DNA from: Alphaproteobacteria bacterium
Lineage (GTDB): Bacteria; Pseudomonadota; Alphaproteobacteria; Puniceispirillales; Puniceispirillaceae
Length of the DNA stretch: 64,000 nucleotides
Direction: 5' to 3'
NCBI GenBank assembly: GCA_038147755.1
Contig: JAYQTS010000010.1
Coordinates: 6,848 to 70,847, forward strand
Shown: positions 28,291-37,827 of the stretch, piece by piece
Layout of the letters: each line of letters starts with the position of its first letter
Position numbering within the stretch: position 1 is the stretch's first letter
Position numbers and translations under genes: made by a program
The notes under the pieces: model-generated
Databases searched by the model: none
Told to the model about the DNA's origin: nothing
Seen by the model: only the letters and a program-made list of their open reading frames with translations

Positions 28291-29934
28291 TTATTCTTTA
28301 CCATGCATTAAACCATCTACTAATATAGCGTGATTAAATTCCTCCTGTTTGACAATTTGAATTTTATTTTCGACAAGAAATTTTCGTAAAGCTGCTTCAC
28401 CATCTAATGTAATTTTCCTGAATTCTGAATCAGAATTTGACGGTGGTCCATCCACAAGTTCAAAAGCCTTGCAAAAAGCAAGGAATATAAGTTCCTGTTT
28501 TTCAGCTCCAGTCCATGCTGTGCTTCCAAGCGTGCGCCATATATTATGATTCATTTCTTCATATACTTGTGGAATACGTTCAAAGAACAGACGATGTAAC
28601 CCAATATCGTTCACAGAGCTATCCATTTTCTGCTCTTTATGTATGTCAATAGCTGAAAACGAACCACACACAGGACACCCTGAGTCCGAAAATTTGTCTT
28701 TTCTATATATGTGAGAACATCTCAGACCAGAAATTAATTTATTATCACACAGATAATAACTTGTTTGCTCATCCACCGGCTGCTGAGCTATCCATTCAAA
28801 TCTATTTTTAAATTTTAAATAAGAACCTCTATGAGACCAAAGAGTCCATTGCAATTTTTCTACTGGCCCAAAAGTTGACCAATTAGAAGAAACATCTATT
28901 ACCACACAAGTATCCTTATTAACTGCTGCACGCAACCCACGACCCACTGACTGACCCCACAAGACCTTTGATAAAGTTGGCCGCATGTGCACAATAATAT
29001 TACAATGCGGATTATCCCATCCCTCAGCTAGAACACCCACAGAAACAACAGACTCTACTTTTCCCTCTGCATGATCTGTTAACATTTGCATCCGCTCTTT
29101 AATTGGGGTACTAGCTGTAATTAAAGAAACACTAATTCCCAATTCTTCAATCGCTTCAACAGTGGTTTCAGCAACCGTAACATCTGGACAAAACCATGCT
29201 GAAATTGGAATTGGTTTTACATTTTCCCGCTCTTCCAGATAAATAGAGCATGCATGACTTATCATAGATGACTTAATAATTGCCGGTGCCAGTTTAGCTA
29301 CTGGAAAATCACCACTACTGATATCAATATCGCCAAGGTCCAAGTCATGAATAAAATGAGGTCTGTATTGTGGTTTTACCAGAATACCCTCATCAAACAG
29401 CTTATCCATATTAGCACCATCAATAATAGCATCAAATGCTAAGCTTAACTGGTCTTTTTGGTCTGCTGTTCTTCTCTCTGGTGAGGCGGTCAGCCCCAAC
29501 ATATGAGCATCATCTCTTCCATTTTCTAAAAAACAATCCAAGATCCGTTTGTACCCTGTTCCGTTTGGAGAAACACGATGTGCCTCATCTATAATAACAA
29601 GTTTTGCTTGTTCGATAGCATCATCTAATATGTCTCTAGCACGAGTACTAGTTGATAGAAGCACATCATAATCAGAGAAGGCAGCTTCCGTGTGATTAAG
29701 ACCCAACTTCCTAACTCTATGCTCCTTAGCCAAAGCCTTTTCAAGCTGCTCAAGCAATACCAACCTATGACACAAAACAATGACTTTTTCACCAGAATAG
29801 AACTGTTTTATAATTTCACTAGCAAGCACCGTTTTACCAGCGCCAGTTGGAGCTTTAATAATAAACCGACGATGAGAATCTAGAATAGACTGAAAATCAT
29901 CAATAATTTCTTTTTGCCAACGCCTAAGTTGCAT
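28291..29934 (-). CDS. Superfamily-2 DEAH-box helicase (ResIII/Helicase_C type) with an uncharacterised Cys4 C-terminal domain
   Basis: 547 aa. Motif I APTGAGKT, II DEAH, III TASP and VI QSVGRGLR. C-terminal C-x9-C-x13-C-x2-C (CDNKLISGLRC...CPVC). Confidence 0.8.
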   Translation of the reverse strand: MQLRRWQKEIIDDFQSILDSHRRFIIKAPTGAGKTVLASEIIKQFYSGEKVIVLCHRLVLLEQLEKALAKEHRVRKLGLNHTEAAFSDYDVLLSTSTRARDILDDAIEQAKLVIIDEAHRVSPNGTGYKRILDCFLENGRDDAHMLGLTASPERRTADQKDQLSLAFDAIIDGANMDKLFDEGILVKPQYRPHFIHDLDLGDIDISSGDFPVAKLAPAIIKSSMISHACSIYLEERENVKPIPISAWFCPDVTVAETTVEAIEELGISVSLITASTPIKERMQMLTDHAEGKVESVVSVGVLAEGWDNPHCNIIVHMRPTLSKVLWGQSVGRGLRAAVNKDTCVVIDVSSNWSTFGPVEKLQWTLWSHRGSYLKFKNRFEWIAQQPVDEQTSYYLCDNKLISGLRCSHIYRKDKFSDSGCPVCGSFSAIDIHKEQKMDSSVNDIGLHRLFFERIPQVYEEMNHNIWRTLGSTAWTGAEKQELIFLAFCKAFELVDGPPSNSDSEFRKITLDGEAALRKFLVENKIQIVKQEEFNHAILVDGLMHGKE

Positions 29935-29947
29935 GATTAGTTTGCCT

Positions 29948-29978
29948 AATGTTCAATGTTCAATGTTCAATGTTCAAT
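29948..29978. repeat. Heptanucleotide tandem repeat (AATGTTC) x4 plus a partial copy
   Basis: Direct reading gives taATGTTCAATGTTCAATGTTCAATGTTCAATt, 14-44 nt upstream of the helicase ATG. On the helicase strand it reads TTGAACA x4. Confidence 0.95.
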
Positions 29979-30074
29979 TAAAAAATAAATTTTTACCGGC
30001 CAATTCTAAACATGTTTTTTTAAAATTGGGACAAAAAGTTTCTTTTTTATTACACTTAATATATATGTGGCTTT

Positions 30075-30605
30075 TTAAACGTCCGTTTTATTATAAATTG
30101 ATATTAATTCTGCTAAAATTGATAAAGCTATTTCAGACGCTGCCCTTCCTCCGAGCTGTATACCCGCTGGTCCATGAAGTCTGGTTAGAGAATGCTCCGA
30201 AACACCAGCTTTTTTTAATCGGTCTAATCTTGATTTATGTGTTTTAGTGCTCCCTAAACAACCTATATAATAGGCATTTGTTTTTAAAGAATACAGCAAA
30301 GCAGGGTCATCAATCTTTGGATCATGAGTAAGTGTTACGATCGCTGTTTGCTCGTCAACACGTAATTCTGGCAGAATATCCTGCGGCCAACCCAATCTTG
30401 TTGCAACATTGGGAAACCTCTTTTCACTCAAAAAAATAGACCTTGGGTCTATAACTGTAACATCTAAATCCATCGTAACTGAGAGCTTACTTAACACTTG
30501 GCTAATATGCCCTGCTCCAATTATAATGAGCTGATTACAAGGCCTAATTCGCAATGTAAATTTTTGCTCTTTTTGCTCAAAAGTGCTTTTATGAACAAAA
30601 TTCAT
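30075..30605 (-). CDS. XdhC/CoxI-family accessory protein, C-terminal Rossmann-like domain
   Basis: 176 aa. LIIIGAGHISQ...VTVIDPR. The frame stays open upstream across the end of 30671..31051, so the two may be one frameshifted gene. Confidence 0.7.
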   Translation of the reverse strand: MNFVHKSTFEQKEQKFTLRIRPCNQLIIIGAGHISQVLSKLSVTMDLDVTVIDPRSIFLSEKRFPNVATRLGWPQDILPELRVDEQTAIVTLTHDPKIDDPALLYSLKTNAYYIGCLGSTKTHKSRLDRLKKAGVSEHSLTRLHGPAGIQLGGRAASEIALSILAELISIYNKTDV

Positions 30606-30670
30606 TGGTAGAGCAGGTCTTTTTGTATCAATATTTAATTTTTGTAAATCTGACAGGGTAAATATTATGT

Positions 30671-31051
30671 CTAATGGCTGTCTTTTATTTTCAGCTTCTG
30701 ACGCTTTTTCAAAACAGATAATGGTATTCCACTATCTTTAACAGGTAATATCAAAACAGATATACTTCCACCACAAGACAACCCAACTTCCCAAGCCGTT
30801 TCGTCAGCAATACCAAAATTTTCTAGACGAGCCTTGCCATCCTCCATAGCAACCTGACTTAAACGAATAACCTCACCTTCAACACAACCGCCAGAGACCG
30901 AACCTTCAATATGCAAATCATCTCTCACAAGCATCAGAGCACCGGGTTGTCGAGGAGCAGAACCCCAAGTTGAGATTACAATCACTAAACATGCGGAATG
31001 ATTGTTTTCTATCCAACTTGATAGCAGCGGTAAAAAAGAATTTTGTCTCAT
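30671..31051 (-). CDS. XdhC/CoxI-family accessory protein, N-terminal domain
   Basis: 126 aa. GSAPRQPGALMLV...GSVSGGCVEG is typical of the XdhC N-terminal domain. Confidence 0.7.
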   Translation of the reverse strand: MRQNSFLPLLSSWIENNHSACLVIVISTWGSAPRQPGALMLVRDDLHIEGSVSGGCVEGEVIRLSQVAMEDGKARLENFGIADETAWEVGLSCGGSISVLILPVKDSGIPLSVLKKRQKLKIKDSH

Positions 31052-31240
31052 TGATTTACATTTACATTCATAAAAATCATTGGTTAAGCAAGAATGGCTA
31101 ATAATAAAAAAATTAAATAGTATTTAAGTAAAAATAATCTAGCAATCATTTTTAAATAAAGTGAAGCCTAATATTTTTGAGAAAGCAAGGAAACACTCAT
31201 CGTAATTTTGATAAGCGAACAAACATTAAAATAACTATGG

Positions 31241-32404
31241 TTATCGTTGTAGTGGAGCCCCAAGAAAGAGAAATGTAAAAGAAATGCCCAGAATTTCAGA
31301 TATTGCCCCTAATAGTAAAGCTCCAATTGCTCCACCACCCATTGCAATCATAGTCCATAAACTCATCACTCTACCTCTAAATTCATCGGTAAGCTGAAGT
31401 TGGGCTGCAGATTGCATAGTAGTTGCAAAAAACGTTGTTGCAAATCCGAGTAATGCAACAAGGCAGGCAGTAATCAAAATATCACGCGATAATCCTATGA
31501 GAATAATAGTAATTGGCACAATTATTGAGGATAATACGCCAAAAGTGCCGACCACACCCGCTTGCTGTGGTTTTCCAGCAGCCTTTGCAAAAGATGCTAA
31601 TATTGCCCCAGCACCAGCACTCGCAGTCAAAAACCCTAATTCATTTGGACCAGTTTTAAATACCCCTTGAGCAATAATGGGAAGCGTTTCTAGCAAACCA
31701 CGACCAATCATTGTTACACATATCGTTAAACTAAAAATATATAATATAAACGGATCCTTTCTCGTGTAGGAAAACCCTTCAATTAGTGCCTTAAGAAAGT
31801 TTTGTTTGTTCTTTTCAATAAAATCTCTAGGTCTAATAGCAATCTTGCGAACCAAAAAAATCATCGGTAAAAAACCAATACTTGTTACCCACAATGTCTC
31901 TGTTGGTCCAACTAAAGCTAACAGAACACCGCCTATGGCTGGTCCAACAAGTCTGGATATATTAAAGTTAAGGACTGTTATTGTAATGATTGAGGAAAGC
32001 TGTTCTTTGGTTCCTAGTCGTGCAGCAAACGCCATTCTGAACGGATGATTGGCGGATGCGGTAATACCAATGGCTGTTGCAAATAGCCCGACCGTAAACT
32101 CATTTATACCAGTTAGATAAGCTGACAAAATAAAAGTAACGGAAATTACTAGCATCGCAATATAATTACCAAAAACAGCCTTTCTGATCTCAATACGGTC
32201 CGCTAAAACACCAAAAAAAGGGCCAGTTATCATCGTTGGCGCAAAGCTTAAAAAAGCTGTAAAGCCTACAAATGCGGGTGAACTAGATACATCCCATGCA
32301 AGCCAAGCTACTACCAGTCTTTGCACCCACATGCCATGCAGTGCTATGGAAACACATGCTAAATAATGTCGGAATGGCTTTGATTGAAATGCCGATAAAT
32401 TCAT
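31241..32404 (-). CDS. Major facilitator superfamily transporter
   Basis: 387 aa with about 12 predicted hydrophobic spans. GVLADR motif after TM2. Confidence 0.75.
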   Translation of the reverse strand: MNLSAFQSKPFRHYLACVSIALHGMWVQRLVVAWLAWDVSSSPAFVGFTAFLSFAPTMITGPFFGVLADRIEIRKAVFGNYIAMLVISVTFILSAYLTGINEFTVGLFATAIGITASANHPFRMAFAARLGTKEQLSSIITITVLNFNISRLVGPAIGGVLLALVGPTETLWVTSIGFLPMIFLVRKIAIRPRDFIEKNKQNFLKALIEGFSYTRKDPFILYIFSLTICVTMIGRGLLETLPIIAQGVFKTGPNELGFLTASAGAGAILASFAKAAGKPQQAGVVGTFGVLSSIIVPITIILIGLSRDILITACLVALLGFATTFFATTMQSAAQLQLTDEFRGRVMSLWTMIAMGGGAIGALLLGAISEILGISFTFLFLGAPLQR

Positions 32405-32591
32405 TCAAGTCCTCATTTAAAAACAGTTTTAAGTTGCCAAGTACTATCCTGTAGGAGTCAAATTAAACTAAAGTTTAAAAAGTGATTAAAAACGACTAAA
32501 CAAGAAAAACGGGTATCAATCTTGCTATTAAACCAGCCAAGGATTATCCCTTATAAAAGATTCGCTTTTGAATTTTAAATTTGGAGTAATT

Positions 32592-33744
32592 TTTGCCTAA
32601 AAAACCTTATATAGATATTTTACTTCCTTACAAAGAGCTTTTTACTCCCTATAATGCCGGGGCAGTTTCAACGGTAGTGAGTGATTTTGCTTACCATACA
32701 ACCCTGGAATATGAAATATATATTTATGGAAGAAATATACCCTCTAATACGTTTTCAAATCTATAATATATTCATATAAAACATAATTTAACTTTAATTT
32801 TGGGTCATAATATTGGACTAGCCCATAGCTACATTGCGCATCTAAAAAGAAGAAAAAATTTACAATAAAAAATTGAAGTTCATTTTAGATGCAAAGTGCC
32901 TAGAACTATTGCCAATAAATGCAAGAAACTAAAGGTTGCTTTATTTTTGCATAATGACCCTCGTGAAATGATAGGTGGCAGAACCTTGGCAGAACGACTT
33001 TGGCTTGCAAAAAACCTATCTGGTATTTTTGCAAATTCTGCATATATAAAAGACTGCTTTCTTGATGGATTCAGCGCTCAGCAAATATCACAAACACCGG
33101 TATTTTTAACACCGATTGGAGCACAAAGAAATTTAACTAAAAAACCACTTAAAAAGAAAACCATCATAATTGCGTCACGAATAGTACCTGAAAAAGGTAT
33201 TTTGGAAGCCGCTATTGCACTAAAAAAAATATTACCCGATTTTCCTGATTGGAAAGCAAAAATTATAGGTGCGAGACAATTTAAAAATGGCAAACTTTCT
33301 GATTATGAAAAAGCCGTAAGATCAGCTGTTGCGCCGCTAAAAAAACAAGTTGAAATAACTGGGTTTTTGCCACTGACCCAGGTAAATAAAGAACTAGCAA
33401 AAGCCTCAATAGCCCTTGTGCCCTCAGTCTGGCAAGAGCCAGCCTCAAGAGCTGTGCTTGAAGCACTTTCTAACGGATGTGCTCTTATAACTACTAGGAT
33501 GGGTGGCATTCCAGAACGTGCAGAAGGCAGAGCACTGCTAGTAGATAAACCAGATAGTGTAAATTTTGCTCACGCCATCAAAAGTTTACTCGTAAAACCA
33601 AATAAACTTAAAAAATTACACGACATTGCATGGAATGATTATCCGTTCAATTGTGCGACCATGACACAAAAAATTGATGCTGCAAGAAAAAAATTATTTC
33701 CTAAAAATCATCTATCGACCTTATTACTTTCTAGCTATTTTTGA
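32592..33744 (+). pseudogene. Family-1 (GT4-like) glycosyltransferase, decayed: one frameshift plus two in-frame TAA codons
   Basis: TTG 32592 (SD TGGAG) gives LPKKPYIDILLPYKELF. The T6 run 32638-32643 shifts the frame, which then reads TPYNAGAVSTVVSDF... with TAA at 32764-32766 and 32866-32868. The intact C-terminal 282 aa carries a GT1 signature (EPASRAVLEALSNGCALI). Confidence 0.75.
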
Positions 33745-35406
33745 CAATGCTTTATTTGCTATTATTACAGGTATTAAACCAGATAGAACGATGCATAGTG
33801 CTGGATAGGCAGCCTGTTCTAGCATCTCGTCCTTTGCAAGCTGATATGTGATGGTTGAAAAAGTATCAAAATTTAACGGACGTAATAATAATGTTAGCGG
33901 CAATTCTTTCATGATGTCTACAAATAGTAAAAGCCCCCCAGCTAGGATAGAAGGCCAAAGATTTGGTATCATAATAGACCAAACTGATCCAAAAAAACGC
34001 CTTCCTAATAGCTGACTTGCAGACATCAACTCTCTAGGAATTTGCTCAAGCCCAGCTGTAACTGACCCAAAGCCAACAGCATTAAATCTTGTAAGATAAG
34101 CTATAATCAAAACAAATATAGTGCCACTTACTATCACCTCATTAGAGTATGGGATAAAGCCTGAAATAAATAACTGGGCCGTTGATTCTATCTGAGCCAA
34201 AAAATGCAGTATACCAATCGCTAATATTGTTCCTGGAAAAGCATAACCTGTTGCAGAAAGACCGACAAAAAATTGTGCAGATTTATGTAATCTAAAAAAA
34301 CTAACAATTGATAGAAATGAAGATATAATAATTATAATTATGGCGCTAACGAGTGAAATTAAAATCGTATTATAAAAAGTCTCATATAAGTAATGAATAG
34401 AATTTATCTCATTTGATTTTATAACAAAAGATATCAAAATCATGACTGGCAAAATAAATCCTATTAGTACTGGTAAACCACAAATTAAAAAGCAGATTAA
34501 TTGTAGCTTAGGCTCTAGTTTTATTCTTGGCATACCTTTAATTCCTGAAGATTTATGTGAGAAAAGACGTTTTGAGCGCGCATGACGCTCAACAGCCAAC
34601 AATACCAAAATAAGAGAAAATGCAAAAATAGAAATCTGGGCTGCAGCAACTATATTATTCATGCCAAGCCATACGTTGAAAATACCAAGCGTAAGTGTCT
34701 CAATTCCAAAATAATCAACTGTGCCAAAATCGGATATAACTTCCATTATCACAAGGGACAAACTTGCAATTATTGCAGGCCTAGCTAATGGAATAGCAAC
34801 GCCAGAAAATAAAGATTTTCCAGAAAGCTCGGCGGCTTCAAATAATGTTCTAGAAATTCTCTGAAATGTTGTTCTAACAAAAATATAAATGTAGGGGTAT
34901 AAGACGGATGCCATCATTAAAATTGCACCGAAGTGTGTTCTAACATCAGGAAACCAATAATCATCTGGTTCATTCCAGCCAAAAAGAAAACGCAAGTATG
35001 TTTGAACTGGTCCTGCATATTCTAAAAAATCAGTATAAGTATATGCGATCAAATAAGCGGGTATAGCTGCTGGTAGAACTAACATCCAGCTAAGGGTCTT
35101 TCTTCCCCAAAAATTATACCTCGAAATTATCCAACCAGAAGAAACTCCAAAAATCGTTGCTAATATACCAACACCAAATATAAGAATGATAGTGTTAAAA
35201 AAATACCTCGGAAGCACAGTTTCAATAAGGTGTGATAACAAGTCCTTATTATCACCTAATGATACAAAAATAATATTGAATATAGGCGCTAGAATAAACA
35301 AGACAACTATCAGAGTGGGCACCTGAAAAATTAGGGCTGCTAAAATTTTCTTTCTGTTTGATAAAATGTCAATGTTATACATCTGGTTGCCATATAGTTT
35401 AGTCAT
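33724..35406 (-). CDS. Fused two-domain ABC permease of the Fe(III)/thiamine (FbpB/ThiP) type
   Basis: 560 aa with two tandem permease halves, each with an EAA-like loop (FEAAELSGKS; MSASQLLGRR). Confidence 0.75.
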   Translation of the reverse strand: MTKLYGNQMYNIDILSNRKKILAALIFQVPTLIVVLFILAPIFNIIFVSLGDNKDLLSHLIETVLPRYFFNTIILIFGVGILATIFGVSSGWIISRYNFWGRKTLSWMLVLPAAIPAYLIAYTYTDFLEYAGPVQTYLRFLFGWNEPDDYWFPDVRTHFGAILMMASVLYPYIYIFVRTTFQRISRTLFEAAELSGKSLFSGVAIPLARPAIIASLSLVIMEVISDFGTVDYFGIETLTLGIFNVWLGMNNIVAAAQISIFAFSLILVLLAVERHARSKRLFSHKSSGIKGMPRIKLEPKLQLICFLICGLPVLIGFILPVMILISFVIKSNEINSIHYLYETFYNTILISLVSAIIIIIISSFLSIVSFFRLHKSAQFFVGLSATGYAFPGTILAIGILHFLAQIESTAQLFISGFIPYSNEVIVSGTIFVLIIAYLTRFNAVGFGSVTAGLEQIPRELMSASQLLGRRFFGSVWSIMIPNLWPSILAGGLLLFVDIMKELPLTLLLRPLNFDTFSTITYQLAKDEMLEQAAYPALCIVLSGLIPVIIANKALSKIARK

Positions 35407-35701
35407 ATCTATTTACTTTTAAAAATACTTACAAAAGTTGCAGAAATAAAAAAACACCACCGCAAACCATTTTTTAAAATTATATCGACTTTATCCTCTT
35501 ACTTCTGAATAATAATAGAAAATAAGACATATTTATATTTGTTTGCGAATATGTAATTCTCATGATTTAGAGCAAAACACTAAAATAAAAATTGTTTCTT
35601 GATTAAGTCAAAAACTAGAATATTGTGCGAACTAAATAAAAGTCCAACAAATTATCATAATTTTTTAATAATTTCCTCTTCAATTTAAAACCAGGATATT
35701 C

Positions 35702-37810
35702 ATGAGTAACATACCACCAACAAATCCACTTATTGAGCCTGGTAATGAAAAGAGTTCTTTCTTTAACCGTGAACTCAGCTGGCTGGCATTTAATGAGAGG
35801 GTTTTGGCCAATTCGTTTGATAGCAGTATACCGTTAGCAGAGCGATTGCGCTTCGTAACAATAGCTGCAAATAATCTTGATGAATTTTATATGGTGCGTC
35901 TTGCTGGACTGTATCAACTCCGGATACGAGGATTTACTACACTTCCTGAACAAAACACATCTATTGATTATCTAATTTCCGAAATCACAGAGCGGGCGAA
36001 ACAACTGGAGGTTAGACAACTTAAACAACTTAATTCAGTTTTAGATAATTGTTCTAATGTAGGGATATTTTTAACTCAAGAAGAAGATTTATCTTCTCAA
36101 GATATTAAATGGCTTAAAAACTGGTATGAGATAAATATACTTCCACTATTGGCTCCTACAACTCTTGATCCGTCTCACCCATTTCCTTTTATTCAGAACA
36201 GGGGAAAAGGGGTATTTTTTGAATTATATTCTGCAACTAGTGATATTATTAACTCAGTTATTTTAATTCCAGAGAACGTTCAACGTTTTATTAAACTACC
36301 AGATAACGGTATTCGAATTCTTTGTATCGAGACAGTTATTAAAATATTCATTAATATCATTTATCCAAACCATAAGATTAAAAGTTGTGGAATGTTTAGA
36401 CTGCTCCGAGACTCAGAAATTGAAATAGATGACGAAGCAGACGACCTGATTCTCCAATTTGAAACCGCTTTGCGGGCGAGAAGACGCGGGAATGCGGTTA
36501 ATTTAACAATTTCGGATAGTTTATCAAAGGAAGTTATAGCATTTTTTAGCAACCAATTACACTTAAAAAGCGCTCAGATAACTATTTCATCTGGCTATAT
36601 AGGTATTGCCGATTTTTCTGGTTTTCTAGATTTTCTCAAACAATCTATGTTTTTTACTCCCTATCGGGCGCGTTTTCCCCAACGGATTGTGGATTTTAAA
36701 GGAGACTGCTTTGCTGCTATAAGAAACAAAGATATCATCATTCACCACCCATATGAAAGTTTTGATGTTGTTTTACGATTTTTGGAGCAGGCAGCAGCTG
36801 ACCCACAAGTACTTACAATTCGCCAAACTTTATACAGAACATCTATTGACTCACCTATTGTAAAAGCACTTGTTACTGCCGCTGAAAACGGAAAAACTGT
36901 ATCAGCACTAATTGAAATTAAAGCAAGATTTGATGAGGAAAATAATATTCAACTTGCTAGAGTTTTAGAGAGAGCTGGAGTACAGATTGCCTATGGTTTA
37001 GTAAATATGAAAATCCATGCAAAATTGTCACTCATAACACGGCGAGAAGCTGGACAATTAATGTCTTATGCACATTATGGAACTGGTAATTATCATCCTG
37101 TTACCGCAAAAAGCTATACTGATTTATCTTATTTCACTACAAATCCAGAAATTTGCCGGGATGCGTGGCGTATTTTTAATTATCTTACAAGCCACATAAA
37201 ACCAGAAAGTTTTGAAAAAGTTATTCTATCGCCCTTCTCCTCTGCTAAGTGGTTTCTTGAACATATTGAGTCCGAAATTAAAGCTGCGAAAGATGGTCGT
37301 CCATCTGGAATATGGATGAAAACAAATGCGATTGTGGATAAAGACATTATTGATAAATTATATGAAGCCTCTCAAGCCGGTGTAAGAATTCAGCTTATTG
37401 TGCGCGGCATTTGTTGCCTTAGGCCAAAGGTAAAGGGGCTATCTGATAATATTACTGTCAAATCAATAATTGGAAGGTTTCTAGAACATTCTAGGGTCTA
37501 TGTTTTTGCAAATGGGGGTAAATTTTTATCTGATAAAAATATTGTTATTATGGCATCTGGTGATTTAATGCCACGTAATCTATACCAACGTGTAGAGACT
37601 TTTATACCACTTGAGAATGAGACTGTTCGTGCGCAGGTTTTAGAACAGGTAATGTTGGCATTGCTAAAAGATACTAGTAATTGTTGGGAACTTCAGTCCG
37701 ACGGGACATATAAAAAACAAAAGTATTCTGAGACTAACTTTTCTTCACATACTTATTTCATGAATAACCCAAGTTTGTCTGGACTAGGCAGTCTAGCAGT
37801 TCCAGATTAA
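35702..37810 (+). CDS. ppk: Polyphosphate kinase 1
   Basis: 702 aa. FFNRELSWLAFNERVL, and IHAKLSLI with the catalytic His region. Colinear with PPK1. Confidence 0.95.
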   Translation: MSNIPPTNPLIEPGNEKSSFFNRELSWLAFNERVLANSFDSSIPLAERLRFVTIAANNLDEFYMVRLAGLYQLRIRGFTTLPEQNTSIDYLISEITERAKQLEVRQLKQLNSVLDNCSNVGIFLTQEEDLSSQDIKWLKNWYEINILPLLAPTTLDPSHPFPFIQNRGKGVFFELYSATSDIINSVILIPENVQRFIKLPDNGIRILCIETVIKIFINIIYPNHKIKSCGMFRLLRDSEIEIDDEADDLILQFETALRARRRGNAVNLTISDSLSKEVIAFFSNQLHLKSAQITISSGYIGIADFSGFLDFLKQSMFFTPYRARFPQRIVDFKGDCFAAIRNKDIIIHHPYESFDVVLRFLEQAAADPQVLTIRQTLYRTSIDSPIVKALVTAAENGKTVSALIEIKARFDEENNIQLARVLERAGVQIAYGLVNMKIHAKLSLITRREAGQLMSYAHYGTGNYHPVTAKSYTDLSYFTTNPEICRDAWRIFNYLTSHIKPESFEKVILSPFSSAKWFLEHIESEIKAAKDGRPSGIWMKTNAIVDKDIIDKLYEASQAGVRIQLIVRGICCLRPKVKGLSDNITVKSIIGRFLEHSRVYVFANGGKFLSDKNIVIMASGDLMPRNLYQRVETFIPLENETVRAQVLEQVMLALLKDTSNCWELQSDGTYKKQKYSETNFSSHTYFMNNPSLSGLGSLAVPD

Positions 37811-37827
37811 AGAACTGGAATTTTTAA

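Noticed and set aside
29933-30247. A plus-strand 104-aa ORF starting in the heptamer repeat.
   Set aside because: Its translation is low-complexity (Leu/Phe/Lys-rich). It runs through AT-rich spacer and is antisense to the XdhC-like gene, so it is considered spurious.
32764-32868. The possibility that the two in-frame TAA codons in the glycosyltransferase reflect stop-codon reassignment or readthrough.
   Set aside because: TAA terminates many clearly complete genes in this window at the positions expected from homology. The same gene also carries a frameshift. Pseudogenisation is the simpler reading.
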